A stretch of DNA of 62,366 bases from Fidelibacterota bacterium (GTDB lineage: Bacteria > Fidelibacterota > Marinisomatia > Marinisomatales > JABMOV01). The notes beneath the pieces are model-generated. The model was given only the letters and a program-made list of their open reading frames with translations. It was not told where the DNA came from and did not search any database. Positions 1 through 11,050 of this stretch are shown one piece after another. Every line of letters begins with the position of its first letter. The stretch's first letter is position 1. The stretch lies in contig JABMOV010000105.1 of NCBI GenBank assembly GCA_013203145.1, positions 1 to 62,366 of the forward strand, in the 5' to 3' direction. Both the position numbers and the translations under genes were made by a program.

Positions 1-290
1 CTATCAATGTTTGTGAATTGATAGGTAAAACTTTTAACATGAGAAATAATACCAATTGATTCATTCTCCATATTAAAGGCTGATACCATATTTTTTGCAG
101 TTGAAAATCGTTTTACACCTTTTGTGATTTTATTATTTTCAACAATACAGACTCCATCCAACTGAAAAATTAATTTTTCGTTACTATTAACGGAGACTGA
201 AGATTGAACCTGAAGTTTCTCTTGTGAAATTCCAATGGAAAGGAATATTGTTATCAATAAGGATAGAGGGCGTATATTAATTCGTTTCAT
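1..290 (-). CDS. hypothetical secreted protein, N-terminal part only (gene runs off the left edge)
   Basis: My reverse-complement translation from the ATG at 290..288 gives 96 stop-free codons: MKRINIRPLSLLITILFLSIGISQEKLQVQ... The basic N-terminus plus hydrophobic stretch looks like a signal peptide. It is absent from the ORF track because there is no stop in the window. No family recognised. Confidence 0.4.
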   Translation of the reverse strand, partial: MKRINIRPLSLLITIFLSIGISQEKLQVQSSVSVNSNEKLIFQLDGVCIVENNKITKGVKRFSTAKNMVSAFNMENESIGIISHVKSFTYQFTNID

Positions 291-427
291 GTTTAACATC
301 TTTGAATAATGGATAAGTTACTACTTTTCTAACAGAATACTGATATTTGAAACGCTATTTTCTCATGGTTATGGAAGATGTCGTCAGTAATTTAGATTTC
401 TACATTTATTAAAATTTTGAGGTAATA

Positions 428-1798
428 ATGCAAGTGAATCCGTATATGTTCCGTGAATATGATATCCGAGGAAAGGTCGCCGATGATTTTCCACCGGAAG
501 TTGTTGTTGCGTTAGGGAAAGGTTTTGCCACTTATGCAAAACGACTAGGAGCAAATGAAATAGCATTAAGTGGCGATGTTCGAACATCTACACCACGATT
601 ATTAGAAAATTTCAAGGAAGGTGTATTATCAACAGGGATGGATATTATCTATCTTGGTATACTCCCGACTCCAGTTAATTATTATAGCATGTTTAAACTA
701 AATGCAACTGCAGCCGTTCAGATAACAGGCAGTCATAATCCTCCTGAATTCAACGGATTTAAATTATCCTTATTCAAAAAAGCAGTTTTCGGCGATATGA
801 TTCAATCCGTTAAGACCCTCATTGAAAACGAGGACTATGAAATCGGAGAAGGTGATGAAGCAAGATATGACCTGAAAAAAGAATATGCCGTAATGTTAAA
901 AGAAAAAATCACATTCCATCGACCCGTAAAAGTAGTAATGGATTGTGGCAATGCCGCAGGTGCTATCAATGCACCAGAAATATTTAAAATGTTGGGTGCT
1001 GATTTGACCGAATTATTTTGTGATGTAGACGGAACATTTCCAAATCACCATCCTGATCCAACCGTTGCTGAAAACTTAAAAGACTTAATTGGTTTAATGA
1101 AAACGGGGAATTATGACGTTGGTATCGCTTTTGATGGAGATGCTGATCGTGTTGGTGTAGTTGATGAAACTGGTGATATTATTTGGGCGGATCAATTGAT
1201 GGCACTATTTTTACCTGGGATTATTGAACCGGGTGATGAAATTCTCTATGACGTAAAATGCTCAAAAGCCTTAGAAGATGTTATTCTGCGCCTTGGTGGA
1301 AAACCGATTATGTGGAAAACGGGACATTCTCTAATCAAGCAAAAAATGTCTGAAGTTAATTGTAAACTCGGTGGTGAGATGAGTGGTCATATTTTCTTTG
1401 CAGATGACTACTTTGGCTATGATGATGCAACCTACGTTGCAGCCCGTTTAGTAGAATTATTATCAAAAACGGATAAAAAATTATCTGAACTAAAGGCCGA
1501 AATACCTAAATATTATTCCACCCCTGAAATGCGTATGGCAGCGGAAAATGACGAAGAGAAATTCCGTATTACAAAAGAAGCCGTCACCTATTTCACTGAA
1601 AATTATGATTGCAATACCGTCGATGGAGTTCGGATCAATTTTTCCGATGGTTGGGGTTTGGTTCGCTCGTCTAATACACAACCTGTTATCGTTTGTCGCT
1701 TTGAAGCGTCTTCTCCCGAAAAGATGGAAGAGTACAAAGAGTTGGTGCTGGATAAACTACAATCTATTGGTCACTTAGAGATTGAGGCAGGCCATTAA
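428..1798 (+). CDS. phosphoglucomutase/phosphomannomutase (alpha-D-phosphohexomutase family)
   Basis: 456 aa. Active-site Ser loop 'TGSHNPPEFNGFK' and Mg-binding 'FDGDADR'. Confidence 0.9.
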   Translation: MQVNPYMFREYDIRGKVADDFPPEVVVALGKGFATYAKRLGANEIALSGDVRTSTPRLLENFKEGVLSTGMDIIYLGILPTPVNYYSMFKLNATAAVQITGSHNPPEFNGFKLSLFKKAVFGDMIQSVKTLIENEDYEIGEGDEARYDLKKEYAVMLKEKITFHRPVKVVMDCGNAAGAINAPEIFKMLGADLTELFCDVDGTFPNHHPDPTVAENLKDLIGLMKTGNYDVGIAFDGDADRVGVVDETGDIIWADQLMALFLPGIIEPGDEILYDVKCSKALEDVILRLGGKPIMWKTGHSLIKQKMSEVNCKLGGEMSGHIFFADDYFGYDDATYVAARLVELLSKTDKKLSELKAEIPKYYSTPEMRMAAENDEEKFRITKEAVTYFTENYDCNTVDGVRINFSDGWGLVRSSNTQPVIVCRFEASSPEKMEEYKELVLDKLQSIGHLEIEAGH

Positions 1799-2762
1799 TA
1801 TAGAATTTCAGAATCATGTAAAAACCTTTCAAGATCAGGTTAATCGGGAATTGGAATCCCTTGATATTCCAATGGAACCGCATTATTTGTATGATCCTGT
1901 TCGCTACGTAAGTAAAGGTGTCGGTAAAAGACTGAGGCCAATTCTTGTAATGCTGGTTTGTGAAAAATATGGTGCCGATAAAACTGATGCTTTGAATGCC
2001 GGCCTTGCAGTAGAAATGCTGCACAATTTTACGTTGGTTCATGATGATATTATGGATCAGGATTCAATACGCCATGGACAACAAACTGTTCACAAGCACT
2101 GGGATGAATCCACAGCCATATTGGCTGGTGACGGGATCTATGCTATCGCTCAATTACTCATGAGTCGTGTAAAATCAAATCCTTTACAAGCAGTACGTGC
2201 TTTTAATCAAGCGACCTTGATGGTATGTGAAGGGCAAGCATATGATAAGGAATTTGAAAATGATTCAAGCGTATCATTAGATAAATATATCATAATGATT
2301 GAGAAGAAAACCGGTTGGCTTATTGGTTTATGTGCTGAATTGGGAGGAATACTGGCAGATCTGGACCAAGGATTGATATCGTGTTTACGATCTTATGGGT
2401 TGAATCTTGGAATTGCATTTCAAATTCAAGATGATATTCTTGAAATCACTTCCAATGCGAAAGATATGGGTAAAAGTCTGGGTAGTGATGTGGAAGCCGG
2501 GAAACAAACCGTGCTATCCATTATGGCTCGCGAAAAATATCATCAAAAATGGGATGAGAATTTTGAAAAATGGTCTACCTTAGATGTCAAAAAGCGTATG
2601 TTTGAAATGAAGACATTTATCGAGCAGAATGGTATTCTTTCTGATGCCCAAAACTTAGCCAAAACATATATTGAAAAGGCTCATCAAGAACTCATTAAAT
2701 TTTCTCCCCAAATTGATGATTTGCATCGATTTTCAGAAATGGTTTTAAACAGGAAGAAATAA
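1782..2762 (+). CDS. polyprenyl diphosphate synthase (FPP/GGPP synthase family)
   Basis: Two Asp-rich motifs, 'HDDIMDQD' and 'QDDILE'. The TTG start at 1782 overlaps the upstream gene by 17 nt, so the exact start is uncertain. Confidence 0.85.
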   Translation: MRQAINIEFQNHVKTFQDQVNRELESLDIPMEPHYLYDPVRYVSKGVGKRLRPILVMLVCEKYGADKTDALNAGLAVEMLHNFTLVHDDIMDQDSIRHGQQTVHKHWDESTAILAGDGIYAIAQLLMSRVKSNPLQAVRAFNQATLMVCEGQAYDKEFENDSSVSLDKYIIMIEKKTGWLIGLCAELGGILADLDQGLISCLRSYGLNLGIAFQIQDDILEITSNAKDMGKSLGSDVEAGKQTVLSIMAREKYHQKWDENFEKWSTLDVKKRMFEMKTFIEQNGILSDAQNLAKTYIEKAHQELIKFSPQIDDLHRFSEMVLNRKK

Positions 2763-3803
2763 ATGCATTATCCCATAGATAAAGAAAATATGCACAAATC
2801 AATATATGACTTTTCGGAACATATGACATTAGCCATTACAATTGGTGAATCAATTACTCTCAATCAATCTTATTCCGAAATCAGAAATATTGTAATTGCC
2901 GGGATGGGAGGATCTGCGATTGGCGGTGATATCATTCGCGCGCTAGTGGGATCGACATTAAAAGTACCATTAGTCGTATCACGTCACTACGAATTGCCAG
3001 CTTGGGTCGATGAGCGCTCACTAGTAATTTGTTCGTCCTATTCAGGAAATACAGAAGAAATATTGTCTGCTTACGAGGATGCCGCAAAAAAAGGTGCTCA
3101 GATTTGTGGGGTTACAACTGGTGGGAGATTGTTGTCACTCCTAAATGAAAACCTGTTAGATTCTGTTATCATCCCGGACGGTCTCCAACCACGTGCCGCT
3201 TTAGCATTATCGTTTATACCAACTTTATATTTGTTACATGCCTTAGGATTAATCCCTGACACATTCCAGGAAGAACTACTTCATGCACAATCCAGATTAA
3301 ATAAAATACGTGAAGTATTTTCAATAGATAATGATGAAAATCCGTGCTATTCACTTGCAAGTAAAATTTACTGCACCATTCCAGTAATCTATGGTCAAAC
3401 AGAATGGACATCTATTGCAGCAATCCGATTTAAAGGGCAACTTTGTGAAAATGGAAAGATGCTGGCTTATCACAATGAATTGCCGGAATTCAATCACAAT
3501 GAAATTGTTGGCTGGGAAAATAATTCCAGTTTGCTCAATTCGATATCAGTTATTTGGATTCATGATGAACAAGATCATCCTCGTGTGAAGTTGCGTCAGG
3601 AAATAACCGAAAATATTTTATCAGAATTACCATCATCACAGCATATTGTAAAGGGTGAAGGAGATTCCGCCTTCGAACGGTTTTTATATATTGTCCATTA
3701 TGCAGATTGGGTGAGTTATTGGTGTGCAATCCACCATCAAACCGATCCTACTCCTGTTATTAAAATTGATCATCTCAAAGATGAATTAGGTAAAGTGAAA
3801 TAG
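2763..3803 (+). CDS. bifunctional phosphoglucose/phosphomannose isomerase (SIS domain)
   Basis: 346 aa. SIS-type 'GMGGSAIGGD' loop. Its ATG directly abuts the previous stop. The PMM/PGM context fits. Confidence 0.75.
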   Translation: MHYPIDKENMHKSIYDFSEHMTLAITIGESITLNQSYSEIRNIVIAGMGGSAIGGDIIRALVGSTLKVPLVVSRHYELPAWVDERSLVICSSYSGNTEEILSAYEDAAKKGAQICGVTTGGRLLSLLNENLLDSVIIPDGLQPRAALALSFIPTLYLLHALGLIPDTFQEELLHAQSRLNKIREVFSIDNDENPCYSLASKIYCTIPVIYGQTEWTSIAAIRFKGQLCENGKMLAYHNELPEFNHNEIVGWENNSSLLNSISVIWIHDEQDHPRVKLRQEITENILSELPSSQHIVKGEGDSAFERFLYIVHYADWVSYWCAIHHQTDPTPVIKIDHLKDELGKVK

Positions 3804-3840
3804 TCCTTGAGAATTCTAACCTGAATTGATATAATCAACT

Positions 3841-4398
3841 ATGGAATTTCTACTCCCTGTCACCATTGATCGAATTCGATTTCATCCACCTAGCCGTAGT
3901 TACGCTGTTGTTGTGAAAGATGTGAATAGTGAATTAAAACTACCGATCATGATTGGTACGTATGAAGCTCAATCTATAGCAATGGCACTTGAAAAAGTTA
4001 AAGCATCACGCCCAATGACCCATGATTTACTGACTTCCTTAATCGGAGAATTTGATTCTCATCTTGTTTCGATTCATATATCTGATTTAATCGAAGGTGT
4101 TTTTTATGCCAGATTAGTTATTGAAAATAACAGTGATGGGGTTCAGCGAAATATTGATTGTCGTCCAAGTGATGCAATTGCTATTGCTGTTCGCATGGAT
4201 GCCCCAATCAAGGTGGCTAAACATGTAATGGATGAAGTGGGATATCTGGAAGAATCTGAAGTTGAAATGATGATAGACGATAATCCAACTGAGACTGAGT
4301 CAATTAGCGAATTAGAAGTGCAGTTAAATGATGCCGTCTTGCAAGAGGATTATGAAAAAGCTGCAATTATTCGTGACAGAATAAAAGAATTGCCCTAA
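3841..4398 (+). CDS. bifunctional nuclease family protein (DUF151-like) with C-terminal UVR-type helix
   Basis: 185 aa. The N-terminal region resembles the BFN/DUF151 family ('RPMTHDL', 'DCRPSDAIAIAVR'). The C-terminal 'LQEDYEKAAIIRDRIKEL' is UvrB/C-motif-like. Confidence 0.7.
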   Translation: MEFLLPVTIDRIRFHPPSRSYAVVVKDVNSELKLPIMIGTYEAQSIAMALEKVKASRPMTHDLLTSLIGEFDSHLVSIHISDLIEGVFYARLVIENNSDGVQRNIDCRPSDAIAIAVRMDAPIKVAKHVMDEVGYLEESEVEMMIDDNPTETESISELEVQLNDAVLQEDYEKAAIIRDRIKELP

Positions 4399-5123
4399 AA
4401 ATTTCCCTGTAACGTATCCAGTGCATATTGAGCCGCTGATTGTTCCGCGGTTTTTTTATTTGATCCCAATCCCGGGGGATATGTCTCTTCACCAATTTTC
4501 ACATGAACCTCAAACATTTTCTGATGTTCAGGACCTGTGACACTGGTGATTTGGAAGCGTGGGTTTCCAATGGAGAGAGAATGGCAATATTCAATTAATC
4601 GACCTTTATAATTGGTGGATTTCCAAGCTTCTTCACGATGACGCCAGACCGTATCTATGATAAAGATGCGACATGGATCAATTCCATTATCAAGAAATAT
4701 TGCGCCTACAAGAGCCTCGTAGCAGTTTGCATTTTGACGGTCTGCAATTTTATCTATCTCTAAATTGACTGTTGGGTCAATTGTTAAAAAATCGAGCAGA
4801 TTTAATAAGCTGCCCATATTTGCTAAAAATGATTTTTGAACCAGAGCAGCACGTTTTTGAGTCAATAATCCTTCATCACCTGCAGGATATTCTTTCATGA
4901 GCTCTTTGCTGATAACAATATCGATGACGGCGTCACCAAGGAACTCTAGGCGTTCATAATTTTTTCTTGGAGTTGGATCTATAGAACGATGTGTAAATGC
5001 TTGATTAAGAATGGTAGGATCAAGAAAACGATACCCAATTATTGATTCAAGTTTTTTGAATTCATGTTTTGGGCGAAAAAGAAAATTTAGGAATCTCAAA
5101 CGTCGTGCCAGCGCCTGATACAA
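4395..5123 (-). CDS. rnc: ribonuclease III
   Basis: RNase III signature 'ERLEFLGDAV' plus a C-terminal dsRBD ('KKTAEQSAAQYAL'). The annotated start overlaps fabF by 28 nt, so the true start may be internal. Confidence 0.9.
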   Translation of the reverse strand: MYQALARRLRFLNFLFRPKHEFKKLESIIGYRFLDPTILNQAFTHRSIDPTPRKNYERLEFLGDAVIDIVISKELMKEYPAGDEGLLTQKRAALVQKSFLANMGSLLNLLDFLTIDPTVNLEIDKIADRQNANCYEALVGAIFLDNGIDPCRIFIIDTVWRHREEAWKSTNYKGRLIEYCHSLSIGNPRFQITSVTGPEHQKMFEVHVKIGEETYPPGLGSNKKTAEQSAAQYALDTLQGNF

Positions 5124-6340
5124 ATCACTCCATTATGTCCACCAAACCCAAAAGTATTTGAAAGAGCTGCTTCAATTGGGAATGACTCAGCCTTATTGGG
5201 AATATAATTTAAATCACAATCGGGATCTGGTGTTGTTTGGTTGATTGTAGGTGGTGCGATATTATTTTCAATGGCTTTAACAACAGCAATAGCTTCAATA
5301 GCACCTGTGGCACCTAATAAATGACCTGTCATAGATTTTGTTGAACTAACTTTAAGATTATTATAGGCATGATCACCAAAAACCTCACGAATTGCAATCG
5401 TTTCATTGCGATCATTAATAGAAGTAGAGGTTCCATGAGCATTGATATAATCGATGTCTTCAGATGCTAATCCTGCGTCCTTTATTGCCAAACGCATCGC
5501 CCGAATGGCTCCATCTGGGGCAGGGGCAGTAATATGATAAGCATCGTCAGTAGAAGCATAGCCAGCTAATTCAGCAAGGATGGTTGCTCCACGATTTTTG
5601 GCATGTTCTAGTGTTTCTAATACTAATAAACCAGCACCTTCACCCAATACAAATCCAGAACGTGTTAGATCAAATGGTCTGCTGACTGTAACGGGATCAT
5701 CTTCACTTTTAGATAATGCCTTCATATTAGCAAAACCAGATACTGTTAGGGGGGTCACACTGGCTTCAGCTCCACCACTAATCATGACATCTGCATCGCC
5801 GTAATGTAATAAACGAAGAGCGACGCCAATGGCATCAGTGGCAGATGAACATGCTGTAATTATGGTTTGATTTGGACCTTTAAATCCGAATTTTATCGAA
5901 AGATGAGCGGCTCCTATATTTGCAATCATTTTAGGCACAAATAGAGGAGATACCCTTTTAGGACCACGATCCATGTAGACAGAATGTTGTTCCTCTAGGG
6001 TTTGGATTCCACCTACTCCTGTGCCGAGCGTCACACCCACACGTTCCAAATCGATGGAATCTAAATCTAACCCGGAATGATTCACCGCCTCTTGAGCCGC
6101 TATTAATCCAAGGATCGAGAAACGATCCAGCCTACGTACTTCTCGAGGATCCAAGTAGTCTATAGGATTGAAAATAGATAGTTCACCAGCAATTTTTACC
6201 GAATGGTCTTCTGTATCATAACTGGTAATCGGACCGATCCCACTTTTCCCAGCAAGAAGTGCGTTCCAATATTGCTCTACATTATTTCCGTTTGGTGCGA
6301 GGGCACCCATTCCCGTAATAACTACTCGACGATGTTTCAT
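5096..6340 (-). CDS. fabF: beta-ketoacyl-ACP synthase II
   Basis: 414 aa. Catalytic Cys context 'ITACSSATDA', then 'NAHGTST' and 'TGHLLGA'. Confidence 0.95.
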   Translation of the reverse strand: MKHRRVVITGMGALAPNGNNVEQYWNALLAGKSGIGPITSYDTEDHSVKIAGELSIFNPIDYLDPREVRRLDRFSILGLIAAQEAVNHSGLDLDSIDLERVGVTLGTGVGGIQTLEEQHSVYMDRGPKRVSPLFVPKMIANIGAAHLSIKFGFKGPNQTIITACSSATDAIGVALRLLHYGDADVMISGGAEASVTPLTVSGFANMKALSKSEDDPVTVSRPFDLTRSGFVLGEGAGLLVLETLEHAKNRGATILAELAGYASTDDAYHITAPAPDGAIRAMRLAIKDAGLASEDIDYINAHGTSTSINDRNETIAIREVFGDHAYNNLKVSSTKSMTGHLLGATGAIEAIAVVKAIENNIAPPTINQTTPDPDCDLNYIPNKAESFPIEAALSNTFGFGGHNGVICIRRWHDV

Positions 6341-6352
6341 AAGAATTTTCTG

Positions 6353-6583
6353 CTATACTTTGGTTTCGATATAAGTTACCGCAGCTCCAACTGTTGTCAT
6401 ATTTTCAGCATCTTCATCTGGTATTTCAATGCCAAATTCTTCTTCTAATTCCATGATAAGTTCTACAGTATCTAAAGAATCTGCACCAAGATCATCAACG
6501 AATGATGCTTCCATGGTTATTTTATCTTCTTCGACACCAAGTTTATCAACGATTACTTCTTTTACTTTATCATAAGTAGACAT
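6353..6583 (-). CDS. acpP: acyl carrier protein
   Basis: 76 aa. Phosphopantetheine attachment motif '[12 protein letters not shown]'. Confidence 0.95.
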   Translation of the reverse strand: MSTYDKVKEVIVDKLGVEEDKITMEASFVDDLGADSLDTVELIMELEEEFGIEIPDEDAENMTTVGAAVTYIETKV

Positions 6584-6596
6584 ACTCTCTCCTTGT

Positions 6597-7343
6597 TTAT
6601 ATCATTGTCATTCCGCCGTCGACCGTAAATGTTTGTCCTGTTATATAACCGGCCTCGTCGGATGCTAAAAAGTTTACCATTGCTGCAATATCTGCAGCCT
6701 TACCAATGCGACCCAAAGGTATTTGACTAAGCAAAGTCTCTTTTGCTTTATCGGTAATAGCATTGGTCATTTCAGTTTCAATGTATCCTGGTGCAACACA
6801 GTTTACTGTGATTCCACGAGATGCATATTCTTTTGCTATCGATTTTGTAAATCCAATTAAACCCGCTTTTGAAGCAGCATAATTGGATTGACCGGCGTTT
6901 CCTGTTAATCCAACGACAGAGGAGATATTGATGATCCTTCCACTGCGTTGTTTCATCATGGGACGTGTGACAGCTTTTGTCCCGTTAAAAGCGCCTTTAA
7001 GATTAATATTTAGGACCATATCCCAATCATCTTCTGACATTCTCATAAGTAAAGTATCTCGAGTAATTCCTGCATTGTTCACAAGAATGTCAATATGACC
7101 ATATTGCTCCATTGTAAATTTTACTAGATTTGAAAAAGATTCGGCATTGGAAATATCCGCTGCGAAATAATGAGCATTTCCATTGTTTGCGTTAATGGAG
7201 TCAGCAACGACTTTTATATCGGCTTCAGTGCGACTTGCACAAACAACTGTGGCACCAACCTTTGCTAATTGTTCTGCGATTCCTTGCCCGATTCCACGGG
7301 AAGCTCCGGTAACAATAGCAACTTTATCTGTTAAACTATACAT
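6597..7343 (-). CDS. fabG: 3-oxoacyl-ACP reductase
   Basis: SDR motifs 'TGASRGIG', 'NNAG' and 'YAASKAG'. Lies within the fab cluster. Confidence 0.93.
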   Translation of the reverse strand: MYSLTDKVAIVTGASRGIGQGIAEQLAKVGATVVCASRTEADIKVVADSINANNGNAHYFAADISNAESFSNLVKFTMEQYGHIDILVNNAGITRDTLLMRMSEDDWDMVLNINLKGAFNGTKAVTRPMMKQRSGRIINISSVVGLTGNAGQSNYAASKAGLIGFTKSIAKEYASRGITVNCVAPGYIETEMTNAITDKAKETLLSQIPLGRIGKAADIAAMVNFLASDEAGYITGQTFTVDGGMTMI

Positions 7344-8262
7344 GGTTAAAATTCCTGATATCTTCTATCGTTTCAACACCTGATATTGGGATATCTCTGT
7401 TGATACGTCGATTAAGCCCTTGCAGTACTTTACCAGGACCAACTTCAAAAAATGTGTCAATTCCGTCATTAATCATTGCTAAAATTGTCTCATCCCATCT
7501 AACTGGGTTTTCCAATTGTCTTTCCAAGCCATCCTTAATAGAAGCTCCACTTTTTACTGGAGCAGCATCTACATTGATATAAACAGGGAAATGAGTATCG
7601 TGAATTTCCACTGTACAGAGCTTTTTCGCAAGTGCTTCTCGTGCTGGTTTCATGAGAGGGGAATGAAAGGCGCCAGAGACATTCAACGGGACGACCTTCT
7701 TCGCACCATATTCACGAGCCAGTTCCATGGCACGATGAACAGCAGCAAAATCTCCTGAAATCACAATTTGACCGTTTGAGTTATAATTTGCTGGGACTAC
7801 AACTTCATCCACAGTAGTTGCTTTTGCGCAAAGACGTAAAATATCATCAGGTGAAGACCCAATTACGGCTGCCATTGCTCCATTTTGAGTTTGACCAGTT
7901 TCATACATACTTGATGCACGTAGTTTGACCAAATCCAAGCCCGTAGCAAAATCGAATGCACCTGCAATAGCAAGGGCAGAGTATTCACCAAGACTATGTC
8001 CGGCAGCAGCTTTGGGAGTGGCACCTTGTTCCAACAGCAATTCTCCAAGGATGACGCTAACGATGTAAATTGCAGGTTGCGTATATTTTGTTTGTTTTAA
8101 TAACTCATTTGGACCTTCAAATATAATGGATTGAATATCCTCGCCCATAATATCATTTGCCTGATTGAAATAGGATTTACCTAATTCGGTATTGTCGTAT
8201 AAATCTTTTCCCATTCCAACCTTTTGAGAAGCCTGTCCTGGAAATAAAAATGCTGAATTCAT
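7336..8262 (-). CDS. fabD: malonyl-CoA:ACP transacylase
   Basis: Active-site motif 'GHSLGEYSA'. 308 aa. Confidence 0.93.
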   Translation of the reverse strand: MNSAFLFPGQASQKVGMGKDLYDNTELGKSYFNQANDIMGEDIQSIIFEGPNELLKQTKYTQPAIYIVSVILGELLLEQGATPKAAAGHSLGEYSALAIAGAFDFATGLDLVKLRASSMYETGQTQNGAMAAVIGSSPDDILRLCAKATTVDEVVVPANYNSNGQIVISGDFAAVHRAMELAREYGAKKVVPLNVSGAFHSPLMKPAREALAKKLCTVEIHDTHFPVYINVDAAPVKSGASIKDGLERQLENPVRWDETILAMINDGIDTFFEVGPGKVLQGLNRRINRDIPISGVETIEDIRNFNHV

Positions 8263-8264
8263 TG

Positions 8265-9248
8265 CTACATTCCCCAGCGAATAAGAGTGCTACCCCAGGA
8301 AAATCCTGCACCAAATGCTGCCAGTAACAAAAGATCACCTTTTTGTAATCGTCCGTTTTCGTAAGCCTCATCAATGCCAATAGGAATTGTACCGGCTGTT
8401 GTATTACCATAGCGATCAATATTTATCAGTACTTTGTCTTCTGAAATATTGCATCTGTTTGCGGCTGCATCGATTATGCGTTTATTAGCCTGATGTGGAA
8501 TAAATAATGTGAGATCTGTACCATCAACACCGTTCCGTTCCATAATTTGAGCACTTACATCAGCCATACCTTTGACAGCAAATTTAAAAACTATTTTACC
8601 ATCTTGTTGAATATAGTGCATTCTTTTATCGATTGTTTCATGAGAGGTTCCGTGTAAAGATCCTCCTCCTGGCATTTTTAAGTATTCTCCGCCGGAACCA
8701 TCAATGCGCATAATAGAATCAATGATTCCTGTATCATCTTCAGATGCTTCAAGCATAACGCCACCAGCACCATCTCCAAAAAGGACGCAGGTGTTTCGAT
8801 CTGTATAATCAAGAATGGAACTCATGGTATCCACGCCAATCACAATAACTTTTTTGTATTTCCCAGATTCAATAAATTTTGTCCCACATTCAAGGGCATA
8901 CAAAAAACCAGTGCAAGCACCGGATAAATCAAAACCCCATGCGTTTTTAGCTCCAATATTATTTTGTACTAATGCAGCAGTAGAAGGGAATTGCATGTCT
9001 GGTGTGACCGTAGCCAAAATAATTGCTTCAACTTCAGATGGATCAGTATTTGATCTTTCTAATAGAGTATTAGCAACATGTGTAGACATATCTGCTGAAG
9101 CTTGACCTTCTGCCACGACATGTCTTTCACGAATTCCTGTTCTTGTACGAATCCATTCATCAGACGTTTCTACCATTTTTTCCAATTCATGATTCGTCAT
9201 TATCCGTTCGGGTAAATATCTTGCAGTAGCTGTGATGGTTGCCTTCAA
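8265..9248 (-). CDS. fabH: beta-ketoacyl-ACP synthase III
   Basis: Cys context 'GACTGF', plus 'PHQAN' and 'GNTTAG'. 327 aa. Confidence 0.93.
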   Translation of the reverse strand: MKATITATARYLPERIMTNHELEKMVETSDEWIRTRTGIRERHVVAEGQASADMSTHVANTLLERSNTDPSEVEAIILATVTPDMQFPSTAALVQNNIGAKNAWGFDLSGACTGFLYALECGTKFIESGKYKKVIVIGVDTMSSILDYTDRNTCVLFGDGAGGVMLEASEDDTGIIDSIMRIDGSGGEYLKMPGGGSLHGTSHETIDKRMHYIQQDGKIVFKFAVKGMADVSAQIMERNGVDGTDLTLFIPHQANKRIIDAAANRCNISEDKVLINIDRYGNTTAGTIPIGIDEAYENGRLQKGDLLLLAAFGAGFSWGSTLIRWGM

Positions 9249-10249
9249 GCGCTTGCTCCTAAATGTTCTTCTAAACTGATTCGAATATCTTCGATTAGAT
9301 TTTCATCAATACATTTTTTTGCCAAAAGGACAGAATTGCAAACAGCTTTGGGTCCGGCACTGCCATGCGTGATGATCGAAACACCATTTACTCCCAATAA
9401 AGGTGTCCCACCGTGTTCTTCATAATCAAATTTTTTCGCAAATCCTTTGAATACGGGTTTTAATAATAGTGCGCCAATTTTATAAGAAAATTTATCTGAA
9501 ATTCTTGCTTTAATTTCATTGGAAAAAACATTGACCCAACCTTCGGCAAATTTCAATAATATATTTCCAACAAAACCATCACAAACCAAAACATCGGCTT
9601 CGCAGTCCATAATATGGCGGCCTTCAATATTTCCTATAAAGTTTGGCAATTCTTTTTTTAACAATTGATATGTCTCTTGGTACAATTCACTGCCCTTATT
9701 AGGTTCAGCTCCAATATTTATTAGTCCCACTTTAGGATTTTTATGATTTTCAACATGGTCAAAGTAATGGCTTGCCATGATAGCAGACTGGAGAATGTGG
9801 TATGGTTTAGCATCAGGGTTAGCACCTACGTCGCATAATATTTTTCCACCGTGCAGGGTGGGAATGTATACACCCAATGTGGGTCGCTTTACATGCTTAA
9901 TCCGACCATAGGATAATAATGATGTCGTCATCACAGCACCAGTATTTCCAGCACTTACGAATGCATTCGCTTCCTTATTTGTAACCATTTGAATACCACG
10001 TACTAAGGATGAGTCGGGTTTGGTTTTCAATGCTTTAGATGCACGATCATGCATCCCTACGATTTGGGTAGTATGTATAATAGATAGTCTAGGAGAAATA
10101 AAACCATCCAACACTGTATCGATGGTATTTTCATCTCCTAAGAGTACAATTGAAAGATCACTAGGCGATTCGGATAAGGCCTGAATGGCACCCTGTACTA
10201 CCGCCTCGGGAGCATTGTCTCCTCCCATAGCATCCAAGGCTATGATCAT
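9245..10249 (-). CDS. plsX: phosphate acyltransferase
   Basis: N-terminal 'IALDAMGGDNAP'. Sits in the conserved position between rpmF and fabH. Confidence 0.92.
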   Translation of the reverse strand: MIIALDAMGGDNAPEAVVQGAIQALSESPSDLSIVLLGDENTIDTVLDGFISPRLSIIHTTQIVGMHDRASKALKTKPDSSLVRGIQMVTNKEANAFVSAGNTGAVMTTSLLSYGRIKHVKRPTLGVYIPTLHGGKILCDVGANPDAKPYHILQSAIMASHYFDHVENHKNPKVGLINIGAEPNKGSELYQETYQLLKKELPNFIGNIEGRHIMDCEADVLVCDGFVGNILLKFAEGWVNVFSNEIKARISDKFSYKIGALLLKPVFKGFAKKFDYEEHGGTPLLGVNGVSIITHGSAGPKAVCNSVLLAKKCIDENLIEDIRISLEEHLGASA

Positions 10250-10255
10250 TCGATA

Positions 10256-10438
10256 TTAAGATTCCTTGGCGGAAACAACAGGACGACCGCGATAATAACC
10301 GCAGTCTGGGCAAGCGTGGTGTGGCATTTTCATTGATCCACATTGTGTACATTCCATGAAAGAAACATGTGCCGCATTCCAATGTGTTCTACGTTTTCGA
10401 CCACGTGCTCTTGAAATTCTAGTTTTTGGTAGTGCCAT
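10256..10438 (-). CDS. rpmF: 50S ribosomal protein L32
   Basis: 60 aa. 'MALPKTRISRARGRKRRTH' plus the zinc ribbon CTQCG...CPDCG. Confidence 0.9.
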   Translation of the reverse strand: MALPKTRISRARGRKRRTHWNAAHVSFMECTQCGSMKMPHHACPDCGYYRGRPVVSAKES

Positions 10439-10453
10439 TTGCTCTCCAAATTA

Positions 10454-10954
10454 TCAATATTTATTTAATTCTTTTAATACTTCCCACCTAGGATCACCAG
10501 ATTTACTCTCACATGAACAACGTTCATGGTTTAAATCATTTCCACAAGTAGGACATAAACCCTTACAGGATTCTGAACATGTTTTGCTATACGGGACTTC
10601 AAGTAAAATGAGATCATGAAAAATCGGACCTAGATCAATTTCATCCATGGAGTCTGGAAACCAAATCATATCCAAAGAACCATTGTCTGCATTATCTTTA
10701 TCTGGAGTCAACCAAATTTCAAAATGGTGTGTGACTGATGAATTGAATTGATTTAAACATCGATCACAGACCAAGCAAAATGTGATATCAACAGTGCCAA
10801 ACACTTTAAATCCAGTAGGGACAGTTTGCGCTGATAATGTGCAGGGAAATGACTTATGACCTGACAAAACAGTATCAGCACTGATATTCTCAACAGAAAT
10901 ATCAAAAAGCTCTTCGTGCAAACCACGATTCAATTCTAATCGTAATAGCTTCAT
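10454..10954 (-). CDS. yceD: YceD/DUF177 family protein
   Basis: 166 aa. C-terminal Cys motifs 'CSESCKGLCPTCGNDLN'. Sits in the conserved position upstream of rpmF. Confidence 0.8.
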   Translation of the reverse strand: MKLLRLELNRGLHEELFDISVENISADTVLSGHKSFPCTLSAQTVPTGFKVFGTVDITFCLVCDRCLNQFNSSVTHHFEIWLTPDKDNADNGSLDMIWFPDSMDEIDLGPIFHDLILLEVPYSKTCSESCKGLCPTCGNDLNHERCSCESKSGDPRWEVLKELNKY

Positions 10955-11050
10955 TTTTAGCCCGGAAAAGTACCCAAAAACAATTGTTTATCCAAGGGAT
11001 AAAAGGGTGACTTAAATCATTAATTATTGGGTGAGTAACCCGTTATTATT

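Noticed and set aside
5096-5123. A 28-nt overlap between the fabF stop and the annotated rnc start (and a 17-nt overlap at 1782-1798), as possible programmed coupling or frameshift.
   Set aside because: Over-extended ORF-track starts explain this more simply. The conserved parts of RNase III and of the prenyl synthase begin well downstream, and no slippery sequence is evident.
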